A stretch of 64,000 nucleotides of DNA from Octopus sinensis. Taxonomy: Eukaryota. Below the pieces are notes generated by a model. That model searched no databases. It was not told the DNA's origin and worked only from the letters and a program-made list of their open reading frames with translations. Position numbers and translations under genes: made by a program. The DNA lies in contig NC_043021.1 of NCBI RefSeq assembly GCF_006345805.1, positions 8,246,001 to 8,310,000 on the forward strand, written 5' to 3'. Shown one piece after another: positions 26,901-40,149 of the stretch; position 1 is the stretch's first letter; the number at the start of each line of letters is the position of its first letter.

Positions 26901-27501
26901 ATTAAAAGTGTTTAACCTATTTCCCTGGTTTTTATATTTGGTCCTCTTGTTATTACAATCGTTAATTATTTGTGTAGTTCCATTGGACTGGTTCTCATAG
27001 TAGTTAACTCATTTATCTGGGTGTTTCAATTAATATCTAGGTTTCTTTTCACCTTATGTAGCCCTAATTCTTTAAAATCACTACTAATCATCATATTAGT
27101 TGGTATCCATGGTTATTTTCTAAGTGTTCAGAATTCCTAGCCTTATCTTTTCCCTTAGTCCTTAGCTGGCTATTATTTGTTTTTTTTTTCGCCTGTTGTC
27201 TAGTATACTGCGCTAATTGTTTTAATTGTCCTTCTCACTAATTTTTTTTATTTTATCGCTTTTGCTGTAGAATTTTAATTTTTCCCTATCTCCTGCTTCT
27301 CCAGTGCTAAATTATAAAAATTATAAAAATCCTTGTTTAACTTGAAAATTTCTTGGTTCGCTTGGTTAGAAATACGGGTAGAAGCTTTTTCCTTCTTTTC
27401 TTTTTAGTTTCAGTCTGAGGACTGCAGCCATGCTGGGGGTACCACTGTTTGCTTTGCTACACTTTCACTGAAGCTCCTCTGATAAGTGGTATTTAGTAAA
27501 A

Positions 27502-27893
27502 GGCGGCGAGCTGGCAGAATCAGTAGCACGCTGGGTGAAATGCTGAGCAGTATTTCGTCTACCGCTATGTTCTGAGTTCAAATTCCACCGAGGTCCACTT
27601 CAGGGTCGATTAAATAAGTACCAGTTACGCTCTGGGGTTGAATTAACGACTTAACCCACTTGTCTGTCCTTGTTTGTCCTCTCTATGTTTAGCCCCTTGT
27701 GGGTAGTAAAGAAATAGGTATTTCATCTGTCGCTACGTTCTGAGTTCAAATTCCACCGAGGTCCACTTCGGGGTCGATTAAATAAGTACCAGTTACGCTC
27801 TGGGGTTGAATTAACGACTTAACCCACTTGTCTGTCCTTGTTTGTCCTCTCTATGTTTAGCCCCTTGTGGGTAGTAAAGAAATAGGTATTTCG
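27502..27893 (+). mobile_element. SINE type B: head plus two tandem units sharing the same internal deletion
   Basis: Both units lack tgcctttcatcctt and share diagnostic substitutions. Confidence 0.85.
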
Positions 27894-27896
27894 TAA

Positions 27897-28315
27897 ATGA
27901 AGGAATCTGATGTTGTTGACCTTAGTTATGTCTCTAGCCTTAAGGTAGGTTCATCCAAAACTCTTGACAGAAGAAGATCCAGTTTTGTTTTAAAAACGCC
28001 TGCATCCATGCCAGGCAGGTTTCTCAGGCTTTGTGGTGGGAAATTGAATAGCTGTGGGCCTTTGAAAAACCCAAGCTGTTGCAGTATCTGGTCTTGCATC
28101 CTGATGGCAATGTTGTTGGGATTTTTGGTTCTATGCAGTGGCACCCCATCCTACTGTTTGTGTAACTGACAATGCTAAAGTTTGGTACAAGCCTTCTAGG
28201 ATTTTCCAGGTGTATATTACTCCGTATCTTTCCCACCTTTGTTCTAAAGAGTAGAATCTTAACTCTTTCAATCCCTCCCGGTAGTTGGTATGTCTCATTG
28301 AGCCAATCTTCTTTG
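27897..28315 (-). pseudogene. CR1/L2-like LINE C-terminal relic
   Basis: YREGLKELRFYSLEQRWERYGVIYTWKILEGL..GPQLFN..FKTKLDLLL. Confidence 0.8.
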
Positions 28316-28329
28316 TGTAGTTTTGCTTG

Positions 28330-28712
28330 ATGACAATAGAAAAAAGATGGTATAGGCATATACCAGAAAAAGTCTCTGAAAATGACAATGCAACCTTTCT
28401 TTGGAACATGCCAATGCACACAGGTATAAGAGATCAAGGTTGATAAGCCAGATATTGTTGTCAAGGACCACCAAGAAAAAGAAATCCCTTCTAATTAACA
28501 TATCAGTCCCAACAGATAATAATGTATCTCTGAAAGAAACGGAAAAACTTTTGGAAAACAAAGTTCTGGAAACAGATAACTTGAATGTGGGGCCTGAAGG
28601 CAGAAATAATACCTATAATACTAGGTTTGGTTAAAAAAACATACAGACAAATACATACCCAAAACACCAGGATTTATGAATACACATAATATACATGAAA
28701 TAGCACTGCACA
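28330..28712 (+). pseudogene. R4/Dong-type non-LTR relic, restriction-like endonuclease domain
   Basis: Manual translation WYRHIPEKVSENDNATFLWN..DKPDIVVKD..LLINISVPTDNNVSLKETEKL. Confidence 0.75.
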
Positions 28713-29052
28713 CATCATCATCATCATCATCATTTAACGTCTGCTTTCCAAGCTGGCAAGGGTTGGACAGTTTGACTGAGGACTGGTGAGCCAGATGCTG
28801 CACCAGGCTCAGTCTGATCTGGCAAAGTTTCTACCAATGGATGCCCTTCCTAATGCCAACCACTCCAAGAGTGTAGTGGGTGATTTTATGTGCCACTGGC
28901 ATGAGGGCCAGTCTGGCGGTTCTGGCAACAACCATGCTCAAAGGTGTTTTACATGTTACCTGCACGGGAGCTAGTCTGGCGGCACTGGCAACGACCATGC
29001 TTGATTGTTGTTTTTCATGTGCCACTGGCACATGTGCCAGTAAGGCGACACT
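28713..29052 (-). mobile_element. RTE LINE 3' end inserted in the R4-like relic
   Basis: (cat)n tttaacgtc..ggatgcccttcctaatgcc; the host frame appears to resume KTLSIQ* afterwards. Confidence 0.8.
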
Positions 29053-29299
29053 GAAAACACTTTCAATACAGTAAAAATAACAACACTAAAACAAACTAGA
29101 GCACATGATGCTTAGTACAGTGAAAGCAAATAATAAAAAAATGAAAAAGTGATATTAATAATAAACTACACCGAACAATAAATAATACCATTAGCCAAAG
29201 AATTTGGCTATATCGATATGTACCATATCACTTTTTATAAAAAAAATACTGTCTCAAACAATCACTATAGGTGTGATATGCAATTGTGTATTGCATGCT

Positions 29300-30034
29300 C
29301 TAACCCTTTCGTTACCATATTTATTTTTATATGCTCTGTGTTTTTTTCAATTACTTTAAATATAACAAAGAATTTAGTAAAATAACTTAGTTATCATTCA
29401 GCTAGTGTTAGGAACATAAATTGTGATTAAGGTTTGGTGGAAGATTTTAATTCAATACTTATGAAAACAAGACATTTGTACTCCAGAGCCAGAGGCAGTG
29501 TCAGCCAGGTTGGTATCAAAAGGGTTAAATATAACAAGGAATTTAGTAAAATAACTTAGTTATCATTAAGCTAGTGCTAGGAACATAAATTGTGATTAAG
29601 GTTTGGTGGAAGATTTAAATTCAAAACTTATGTAAACAAAACATTTGTACTACAGAGCCAGAACTGGTTTCAGCCAGGTTGGTATCGAAAGGGTTAAATA
29701 TAACAAGGAATTTAGTAAAATAACTTAGTTATCATTAAGCTAGAGTTAGGAACATAAATTTTGATTAAGGTTTGGTGGAAGATTTTAATTCAATACTTAT
29801 GAAAACAAGACATTTGTACTACAGAGCCAGAGGCGGTTTCAGTTGGGTTGGTATCAAAAGGGTTAAATATAACAAATAATTTAGTAAAATAACTTAGTTA
29901 TCTTTCAGCTAGTGCTAGGAACACAAATTGTGACTAAGGTTTGGTGGAAGATTTTAATTCAAAACTTATGAAAACAAGAGATTTGTACTCAGAGCCAGAG
30001 CCAGTTTCAGCTGGGTTGGTAACGAAAAGGTTAA
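29300..30034 (+). repeat. TTAA-type MITE with its right 169 bp tandemly repeated four times
   Basis: TTAA junctions at 29356, 29525, 29694, 29863 and 30031; left end taaccctttcgttacc, right end ggtaacgaaaaggttaa. Confidence 0.9.
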
Positions 30035-30255
30035 TGCTCTAAGAATGTTATATCCTGAATATATGTTGCTGAAATTAGAGTGTGTCTAACATGTTAGTAC
30101 TTTTTGATGCAGTAATTTCTGTTGTATAGACCTATGTAAGAAATATTTACTGCTAAACAATATAATTAAATACGAAAGCTAACTGTAATTCCTTTTTTGG
30201 TATACTGCTTATATTTATGTATTAAGTAAAAGAAATAATGTAATAATAGGCTCAC

Positions 30256-30629
30256 CTTGTTTGACAATCTAAGTTTGATGAATGAAAGAGTTGAGAAAAT
30301 CCAATTGTTAGATGTATCAGATAAAAAAAACCGCGAAAAACCTTTTAAAGTGGCTCTGATGTAGTGTGAATCTGTGAATATTTTATCTATAGTAGCCTCC
30401 CAAAAATAACTGATAAAAAATTTGAAGAGTTATCTTGAACAGTGTATGGTTGTTAATAGATATCAATGCATGTGTATAAATCTTATATCACAATAAAAGG
30501 ATTGTTAATGCGGTAATTAGTTTTTGAAGTGCTTGGCTAACGTTAGGCTTCGTTCAATGTCACTGGCCAGCCAGAACATTTGTTGTTAAGGACTTGATAT
30601 CAGAAGCAAGATCATGATACAATTAACAG
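30256..30629 (-). other. Candidate non-coding (5' UTR) exon
   Basis: Acceptor attcctgtttcag|, donor aag|gtgagc; unique sequence with retained CpGs; no through-going frame. Confidence 0.4.
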
Positions 30630-30920
30630 CTGAAACAGGAATGTGCTGAACTAAAGTGATACCAATCCCACCAGCTAGAAACTATTTTCAAAATTTTTCA
30701 AATACATTTTTCTTCATAATTTGTATCTTATGACAACAAATTCAATTGAATACATCCTGTGTTTATGTCATTCTTTCTCAGAATTTTACATTCACTCTAA
30801 CAAAAATTAGACAGGGGGTCATTGCTTTCATCAATTATAACTGCCACGTGTTTGTGTATGCGTATGAATGAGTACGTGTGTGTATGCGTGATTGTGTGTG
30901 TGTGTGTATACATTTATTTT

Positions 30921-31188
30921 CTTTTACTTGTTTCAGTCATTTGACTGTGGCCATGCTGGAGCACCGCCTTTTAGTCGAGCAAATCGCCCCAGGACTTATT
31001 CTTTGTAAGCCTAGTACTTATTCTATCACTCTCTTTTGCTGAACCGCTAAATTATGGGGTACGTAAACACACCAGCATCGGTTGTCAAGCGATGTTGAGG
31101 GGACAAACACAAACACACACATATATACATACATACAACAGGCTTCTTTCAGTTTCTGTCTACCAAATCCACTCACAAGGCCTTGGTT
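30921..31188 (-). mobile_element. SINE type A lacking its head
   Basis: Matches other copies. Confidence 0.85.
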
Positions 31189-31272
31189 GGCATACGTATA
31201 TATATGTATATATATATATATATATATAAATATAATATATACACACACGTGTATATATGTATGTACCCTTTT

Positions 31273-32838
31273 ACTTGAAGTATTTCGTGTACTTGAAGTA
31301 TTTCGTGTTGCAAGACAGTGCGTGAGAGAGAATTGTGATGTGGTAGGAGAGAAATGTGTCGGTATAGATGATGATTCACTTGCACTAAATGAGGCTGCAA
31401 AGAGAGAGGTTTGAAGATGCCACTATGAAAGGTGTGGACACAAGGATTAGAATCGAAGGGCCTTAGAGTCAACCTAGCTAAAACCAAAGTCCTAATAAGT
31501 AGGAAGGCAGACAAATCAAAAGACGCCTTCAGGTAGATGACCCTGCTCAATCTGTAGAAAAGGCGTAGGTAGAAACTCTATAAGATGCACCAAGTGTATG
31601 CTATGGACACATAAGAGGTGCAGCAATGTCAAAGGAAGGCTAACTAGGAAGATAGTTTTTGTATGTGACAGATGCTGAGGAGCAATAAACACTGAAAATG
31701 CGCAGAAACCAACTTCCGCTACATTCCAGGGAGAAAAACTAGAAATAGTTGATAGCTTCCATTACCTAGGTGACCAAGTCAGTAGCGGGGGCGGGTGTGT
31801 TGAAAGTGTAATTGCTAGAGTAAGAATAGCCTGGGCAAAGTTCAGAGCTCTTACCTCTGCTGGTGACAAAAGGCCTCTTGCTCAGAGTAAAATGCAGACT
31901 GTATGATGCATGTGTACGAACAGCCATGCTACATGGCAGTGAAACATGGGCCGTGACTGCTGAGGATATGCGTAAGCTCACAAGAAATGAAGCCAGTATG
32001 CTTCGATGGATGTGTAATGTCAGTGTTCATACTCGACAGAGTGTAAGTACCTTGAGAGAAAAGTTGGACCTAAGAAGCATCAGTTGTGGTGTGCAAGAGA
32101 GACGTTTGTGCTGGTATGGTCATGTGGCGAGAATGGATGAAGATAGTTGTGTGAAAAAGTGTCACACCCTAATGGTTGAGGGAACCTGTGAAAGAGGTAG
32201 ACCCAGGAAAACCTGGGACGAGGTGGTGAAGCACGACCTTCGAACATTAGGTCTCACTGAGGAAATGACTAGAGACCGAGACCTTTGGAAGTATCCTGTG
32301 CGTGAAAAGACCCGGCAGGACAAGTGAGACCATAACCCGTGGCCTCTACCTGGGATGTAGCCAGCCCACTTATGCATACCTTTCCTTCTTGGGACACAAA
32401 ACTCTACTTGTGAAGACCTGTTGAGGTAAGTGAAAATCGAAATTGATCAACATCAATGGAAATTGTAGTTGTGATACCAGTGCCGGTGGCACGTAAGAGA
32501 ACCTTCCAAATGTGGCTCTTGCCAGCACCGCCCTGACTGGCCTCTGTGCCGGTGGCATGTAAAAAGCACCATCCGATCGTGGCCGTTGCCAGCCTCATCT
32601 GGCCTCCGTGCTGGTGGCACGTAAAAAGCAGCATCCGATCATGGCCATTGCCGGCCTCGTCTGGCACCTGTTCTGGTGGCACGTAAAAAGCCCCCACTAC
32701 ACTCATGGAGTGGTTGGCGTTAGGAAGGGCATCCAGCTGTAGAAACACTGCCAGATCAGACTGGGCCTGGCTTCCCAGACCCCAGTTGAACCGTCCAACC
32801 CATGCTAGCATGGAAAGCGGACGTTAAGCGATGATGAT
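31273..32838 (+). pseudogene. RTE LINE, 5'-truncated and internally deleted, with 3' UTR and (GAT)n tail
   Basis: RLYDACVRTAMLHGSETW..WYGHVARM..GRPRKTW..DRDLW; tail gcgatgatga. Confidence 0.95.
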
Positions 32839-33229
32839 AGATGTCTAAGCATGTAGAATATCATGAGAACATAGTTTGGGTTATAAACCCTTATCCATAA
32901 TCAACCACACCTCTGCCCTTATTCATTACCTCTTCCCCCATCTGTTATTCCCTTTTGACACTCTTTAGAAATTATGCACCCCCTCCTTTCCCTCCTGATC
33001 CAGTGTCCATATTCTCTCTTATACTCACCAACTAGTATCTTGAGATTCTCTGGCATCTCATAACTACCATCTCTATCTCCTATCCAGCTCCTCCATCCAC
33101 CCTTAAATAATGTGGGGTAGCCATGTATCTCCTCTATAGTAAGACAATTGTGCATGTCCCTCTCTCAAGCTTTAGCCACATTGAGCAAAAACATACTTCA
33201 TCTCTTTCCTTTCTTCACAAACCCTCTGT

Positions 33230-33478
33230 GACAAGATATGCAGTGACATACATCTGGAAAATCCTGGAAGGCCTTGTACCAAACATTGGCAGTGAAAGTT
33301 ATGCAACAGTTGAATGGGGTACTACTACATAGTGCCAAAGGTCTCAGCATCACCATCAAAATACAGCCTCAGATGTTGCAACAGCTTGGGTTCCTAGGGC
33401 CCACAGCTCTTCAATATCCTTGCAAAATGCTTGAGAGACCTGCGTGGTGTTGATGTAGGTGTCTTCAAAACAAAAAGG
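33230..33478 (+). pseudogene. CR1/L2-like relic of the same family as 27897-28315
   Basis: RYAVTYIWKILEGLVPNIG..GPQLFNIL. Confidence 0.75.
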
Positions 33479-33994
33479 CCCCATTTTATATATAAGTATC
33501 ATAAAACCTACCCTTCACTCTGAAGGATAAGCCCTTTATTGCCAGTAGAGATAGTAGCTCCCTGAAATTTTCCAACCAGTTTTCACATTAGGGACTATAT
33601 CTGAACACTTATCTTCACAGCTAATTAAGTCCCCTATGTTACAACAGCTCCCAACTACTTCTAGAGAGCTGTCTAAGCATTGGAAAGTCCATTTCACATG
33701 CACTTTTTCTAATCTTGTGCTCCAGTGTATCAGCTGCTTTCAGAGTCAAACCCTTCTGTTAATCAGCCTGTGACCCCACAGTATCTCTTATGCACCCATT
33801 ATTTATACAGAGTACACAATATGGAAATCTTGTTTACCTGTTTTTCAACACACAGCGAACAGTCATTTCCCAGGTGAACTTCTATTTCTAAAACTTTAGT
33901 CTTTGCATAGCTTACTTTCTGACCTCTTCATTATAGGTTTCTGGACCAGGAATATGAATATATATATATAAATGTGTGTGTGTGTGGGGGGGGG

Positions 33995-34240
33995 GGGCGT
34001 GGCTTAGTGGTTAGGGTGTCAGCATTATGATCATAATATTGTGGTTTCGATTCCTGGACCGGGCGACGCATTGTGTTCTTGAGCAACACTTCATTTCACG
34101 TTGCTCCAGTCCACTCAGCTGGCAAAAATGAGTAATGCTGTGATGGACTGGTGTCCTGTCCAGCTGGGGAACACATACGCCATAGAAACCAGGAAACCGG
34201 GCCCATGAGCTTAGCTAGACTTTAAAAGGGTGCATTTATT
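33995..34240 (+). mobile_element. SINE, head D + tail V
   Basis: tggcttagtgg / gtttcgattcc boxes; near-identical to 50090-50338. Confidence 0.85.
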
Positions 34241-34250
34241 TTATTTTATT

Positions 34251-34290
<40 letters not shown>

Positions 34291-34292
<2 letters not shown>

Positions 34293-34394
34293 AAAAACAA
34301 GTCAAGGTAGAAAATGCTAAAATAATTTTATAAAAAACATTTCAGTTTGTTATATAAAATTATTTTAGCATTTTCTACCTTGACTTGGTTTTCC
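34291..34394. repeat. Inverted repeat: 42-bp arms (1 mismatch), 20-nt spacer, within (TA)n
   Basis: ggaaaaacaagtcaaggtagaaaatgctaaaataattttata and its reverse complement. Confidence 0.9.
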
Positions 34395-34954
34395 ATATAT
34401 ATATCAACGCGTGTTCCTTTTCAACCTTCTACATATACATGTGTGTGTGTATGTCTGTGTACCACCACCACCACCACCACCACATACATACATATCATCA
34501 TCATCATCATTATCATTTAACATACATGTTCCCTGCAGGCATTGGTCTGACAGAATCCAAAAGGCCCAAGAGCTCGATCATTTTTTTTTAGTTGAATGTA
34601 TAGATCCCGGTACTTATTTTTAAAAGCCTAATTCTTATTCTTGCAGCCTCTTTTGCTGAACCACTAAGTTACGGGTATGTAAACACACTAGCACCAGCTG
34701 TCTTCTTGTCAAGCAGTGCTGGCGGGAAAAACACAGACACAATGACAAGAGGGCAGTCTCAGGCACATTGGCATAAAAAAGATTACATTTCTGTTATGGT
34801 TTTGGAGGCAGTTGGTGTAGCTAGAGTGTGAGCCACCCGAGGCAACGCTTGAATTTCCTACCCCCACCCTTGAGCCTCTAAACCCATGCATTTTTATACA
34901 GCAGATCTAAAAGTATCACCCCACCCACCCCATGAAAGCATTGCTCTCAGGTGT

Positions 34955-35680
34955 GGCGCAGGAGTGGCTGTGTGGTAAGAAGCTTGTTTACCAACCACAT
35001 GGTTCCGGGTTCAGTCCCACTGCGTGGCACCTTGGGCAAGTGTCTTCTACTATAGCCTCGGGCCGACCACATCCTTGTGAGTGGATTTGGTAGATGGAAA
35101 CTGAAAGAAGCCCGTTGTATATATGTATATATGCGTATGTGTGTTTGTGTGTCTGTGTTTGTCCCCCTAGCATTGCTTGACAACCGATGCTGGTGTGTTT
35201 ACGTCCCCCATAATTTAGTGGTTCAGCAAAAGAGAGCGATAGAATAAGTACTGGGCTTACAAAAGAATAAGTCCCAGGGTCGAGTTGCTCGATTAAAGGC
35301 GGTGCTCCAGCATGGCCGCAGTCAAATGACTGAAACAAGTAAAAGAGTAAAAGAGTACCTCATCTGAGTACATCACAGTTTGGAGGACAATGAAAAGAAG
35401 TGAAGCTGAGGACTGAATCTTTGATGTATCCCTACTGAATTCATTGCTATACTTATTACTAATCTCTTTTACTTGTTTCAGTCATTTGACTGTGGCCATG
35501 CTGGAGCACCGTCCTTTTAGTCGAGCCCAGGACTTATTCTTTAGAAGCCTAGTACTTATTCTATTGGACTCTTTTGCCGAACTGCTAAGTTACAGGGACG
35601 TAAACACACCGGCATCGGTTGTCAAGCAATGTTGGGGAGGACAAATACAGACACACAAGCATATATACATACACACACAC

Positions 35681-35726
<46 letters not shown>

Positions 35727-35869
35727 GACAGGCTTCTTTCAGTTTCCGTGTACCAAATCCACTCACATGGCTTTGGTCAGCCCGAGGCTATAGTAGAAGG
35801 CATTTGCCTAAGGTGCCACGCAGTGGGACTGAACCCGGAACTACTTACCACACAGCCACTCCTACGCCT
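34955..35869. mobile_element. Tail-to-tail pair of SINE type A (34955-35356 +, 35464-35869 -)
   Basis: Both match type A. Confidence 0.9.
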
Positions 35870-36587
35870 AATACTTACTTTGCTAACGGCATCTCTGCAC
35901 ATGGCTTGTACAGCTCTCACAAGCTATTTGCAGATCCCTAGTTTCCTCAGAGAGCACCAGATCTTAGATTATGGAACTGTGTCAAAAGTCAAGAAATGTC
36001 ACGTACAGGGTTTACTCTTGGCAAAATACTTCTGCATTCTCCACTAAAAAAGATGGCAAATATTTCTTCTTGGCACAAAACCAAACTGCATTACATCTCT
36101 GTAAATTCTGTTCCTAATAAAATGCACTGCATCTCTCTTTAGCAACTTTCATAACCTGATCCAATAGTTTTACGCTTCTAGAGTAAACTTAGTCTCTGCT
36201 TTCAACTGACACTTTTTCTCTTGAGTTGAGCAACAACCATAACAGTTTGTTGACAAAATATACATGGATAAGTGTGTGTTTGTGTGTGTTGACAAATGCA
36301 ATAGAAGAAATGTCTAGTTTGTATCATTAAAGAACAGACTGTTATTGCGGTTCAACCTAAGTCAGCTCTGATCCAAGAGACCTATGATCAAAGCTATTCC
36401 AACCATGACCACCCATCTTTTTCGTTCCAGATATCTAGAACTATATTATTCAATGTATTCTATCCCTTTTTTTAAGATGCAAGGGTGTGATTTAAGGAAA
36501 ATTTGGCGGCCATTTCTAGCAGTTCGAACGACCATGTAGATTTTACACCCTCGTTAGCTCGTCTTTGCGTTAACAGAAATGCAGAGG

Positions 36588-36618
<31 letters not shown>

Positions 36619-37732
36619 AAGAGAGAGGAGAAGAGAGAGAGATGCCGAAATATAACAATATCAGGACATGTAGATGAGAGAGAAAAGATGAAAAAATGCA
36701 AGAAAATAGATTACATACATACATACAAACACACATACACGTACGCGTATAAGGGATATATTAATGGATAGATACGTTTCAATAGGAAGGAACACAGCAC
36801 GAAATAAATCGATAGAAAGATAGACGAACAAACAGCTAAAATAGTAGGAGATAACAGAATTTATCAGACAGGTAAATGAAGATGGAGAATGAGAGAAGGA
36901 GAGACAGAAAAGGTAGATGAATATGAAAAGAAGTAGGTAGAAAGAAGAAAGGTATTGTGGAATAAGACGAAGTGAGAGTGTCAGTTGAAAGCAGAGACTC
37001 CAGAGTTTGTGCACGAACTCAAAAGTAAACGGTAACTTGTAATTGTAGGTAATTGTATATGAGTGGTTAGCTGGTTTGTTAGTTTGGTTGTTAATAAATG
37101 GAAGTGGCGATGCCCGTCGTCATCGCTGTTGAATTCCAGGTAAACCCTAATGAAACAGAATTTTTGTTCAATCGCCTTCCGACCGTGGTCATCCCATTAT
37201 TTTTTTTTTTCGAATACACTATATCTAGGAATGCCCTCCGTTTAAGATAGTATGTTGTGGTATGAAGAAGATTTGGTTGCTATTTCTAGCAAGCAAATGT
37301 CTATGTAGAGGTTCCCTTATGCGGCATAAGTTCAAACCTCGGTTTCTGTTCGTGTTATCACAAACCGCCGAAAGCGAGCACGATAAGGGGACACTGTACG
37401 ACAATGTACCCTTAATTAGGAAATTCAATAAATATTTTACCACGAAGAATTATCGTCGTTAATAGGGCTTTGGGTGGGGCTTGATACAGTAACATAGTCT
37501 AGAGGAGGGGGAGAATTAGTGATAAGAGCGGTAGTTAAGTATCGATCAATAGTTTTGAGCATAATCTTATCCCAACAATTTTAAGGGTGTGTGCGCGAAT
37601 CTTCGTAGAGCTGTGTGTGTGTGTGCTTACACACACATACACACACACACACGCAATTACTGGGGTTATTTCTGAGTGTGTGCACAAGTGTTTGCAGGAT
37701 TGGATCTGTGTATGAGTCCGTAATATTAAAAC

Positions 37733-37790
<58 letters not shown>

Positions 37791-38572
37791 ATATATATAT
37801 ACATGTTCTTATATGTTTATATATATTTTGTGTGTAAGCATGTATGCGCAAGAGAATTTGTAAAGATGAATTTATTTATTAAATGAGATGAACTGTTCAC
37901 TTAAAAGAAACCAAATCATTTCTTCAAAACCCATTTAGATTGATTGTGGCCAAAATAGGAACAGGTTTTCCTGAGTTCGTCTGCATAGGCATATCTTTGA
38001 ATCTATCTGTATATATAGTCACATGTTTGCGGATATATATATATGAATGTACGGTAAATATGGGTACTTGTATACACACAGATATCAAAATTAGGCATTC
38101 GTGACCACGTTCGTAAAATCTGAATAAAATCAAGGCAAAGTTATCTTCAGTAACCTATTGGTTAATACTGGAGATAATACTTAAGCGAGCACTACCTTCT
38201 TTCTCTCAACATATTATACGACTTATTCCCATTCACTACATTTTTAAATTCACCACAAGAAGGAAAACAAAATATTGATCTATGAACAACCCCCTAAACA
38301 TCGTCTTTCCAATGACAATGTTCCGTTCTCATCTACTAATGTCTTATTTCTCTTTCGATTCTCTCTCTCTCTCTTCTTGCGAATTTCGTGTTTCCATCGC
38401 CTCCTCAAATCTCTCTCCCCCAAACACAACATCCATGTGAAAGTATAATATCGGTAATGTTTACATGTGACTCTGTATACATATACATACTAATATATAT
38501 ATATATATGTAGGAATGAATATATATATGTGTACGTACGCGAGAGCATTTCTACTTGATATGATCAACTTAC

Positions 38573-38830
38573 CTTGAAAAATCTGGAGTCTGTATTAAAG
38601 AGAGTCATATCTGATCCATTCTGCGTGTATATGCATACATAGATGTATGTATGGAATATTTCTTTTCCTGTCTAATTCAGAACGATGATGACGACGACGG
38701 TGGGGGATAATATACAAAATGTAGCCCCGATGTAGAGCAGTGCGATAAAAAAAAAAAATCCTTATCCTACCAAATAGCCAACATGAACTACAACATTCGC
38801 CAAAGCCGGAGCAAATGGCAATGTCTGATA
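38573..38830 (-). promoter_or_regulatory. Candidate first exon / TSS region of a minus-strand gene (5' limit unknown)
   Basis: Consensus donor aag|gtaagt at 38573/38572; unique, CpG-retaining sequence near the edge of the CpG-depleted zone. Confidence 0.35.
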
Positions 38831-38931
38831 TAGGACGATCCCCTCCTCTTTTCTTCACTCTGTTTCTCTCTCTGATCACACCCCACTCAGTCTGTTCCTC
38901 TTTGACTGACATTTGAGATTATCTGTTTCTC

Positions 38932-38962
<31 letters not shown>

Positions 38963-39062
38963 NNNNNNNNNNNNNNNNNNNNNNNNNNNNNNNNNNNNNN
39001 NNNNNNNNNNNNNNNNNNNNNNNNNNNNNNNNNNNNNNNNNNNNNNNNNNNNNNNNNNNNNN
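38963..39062. other. Assembly gap (100 N)
   Basis: Direct reading. Confidence 1.
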
Positions 39063-39500
39063 TGTCCTGTGTTTGTCCCTTCTATGTTTAGCCCCTTGTG
39101 GGCAATAAAGAATTGAATATGGCCTTGCAAAATGTGGCGAGTTGGCAGAAACGTTAGCACGCCGGGCGAAATGCGTAGCCGTATTTCGTCTGCCGTTACG
39201 TTCTGAGTTCAAATTCCGCCGAGGTCGACTTTGCCTTTCATCCTTTCGGGGTCGATTAAATAAGTACCAGTTGCGCACTAAAGTTCGATATAATCGACTT
39301 AATCCGTTTGTCTGTCCTTGTTTGTCCTCTGTGTTTAGCCCCTTGTTCGGCAAAAGAGACCGATAGACTAACAAGTACCTGGTTTAACAAAGACATTAGT
39401 ACTGGAGTCAATTCGTCTGACTAAAAATTCCTCAAGGCCGTGCCCCAGCAAGGCCGCACTCCAATGACTGAAAGAAGTCAGAGATAAAAGATGAAAGATT
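39063..39500 (+). mobile_element. SINE type B copies followed by a diverged type A 3' half
   Basis: Junction agccccttgttcggcaaaagagacc. Confidence 0.8.
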
Positions 39501-40149
39501 CAAGCAATGCAGTTGACATCTGCTCCGTCATAAAATGTCAAATATCTTATAGATACGTTTTGTGATAGAGTACAGCATTCGTTTTGTTGCTTCACACACA
39601 ACGTTGATCTGTCATGTCATGTCATGTCATGTCATGTCAAACCCGAGCAACAGCCTGCAATGGAAACACACAGAAATCTTGTTCTGTCAACGACATAAAA
39701 GATACAATCGCTGTTTTATCACTGAGACAATGGTGTTGTTCACTGTTGTCTTTGATAATACATAGTTTTAAATTGCTTTCAAGTAGCTACTTTCAATGTT
39801 TGGAGGCCTTTACGATATTTGATCATCTTATTTCCTTGACCTATTTACATAGTATAGCCAAAACCTTATCAGCATAGAGGCGACATTACTTCGACTGGGT
39901 TTGATGGTACTTCATCGACCCTTTTCTCGTAGTTTGTTGGCTCTCAAAGAGGCTCTTGTGAGAACCAGAGTGGAGTACTTTGCACACGTGCATATACATA
40001 TTCGCACACAGATACAAGTGCATACAAGCACACTCACATACACATACACACACACTCATACACACAATCACACATACACACGCGCATATACACACACACA
40101 GTGGCACACATACACGCACACACAGAGGCACTCACACACACAGGCACCT

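Noticed and set aside
32560-32640. HDV-like ribozyme in the RTE UTR repeat
   Set aside because: Could not build the nested double pseudoknot; RTE-associated HDV-like ribozymes are normally at the 5' end
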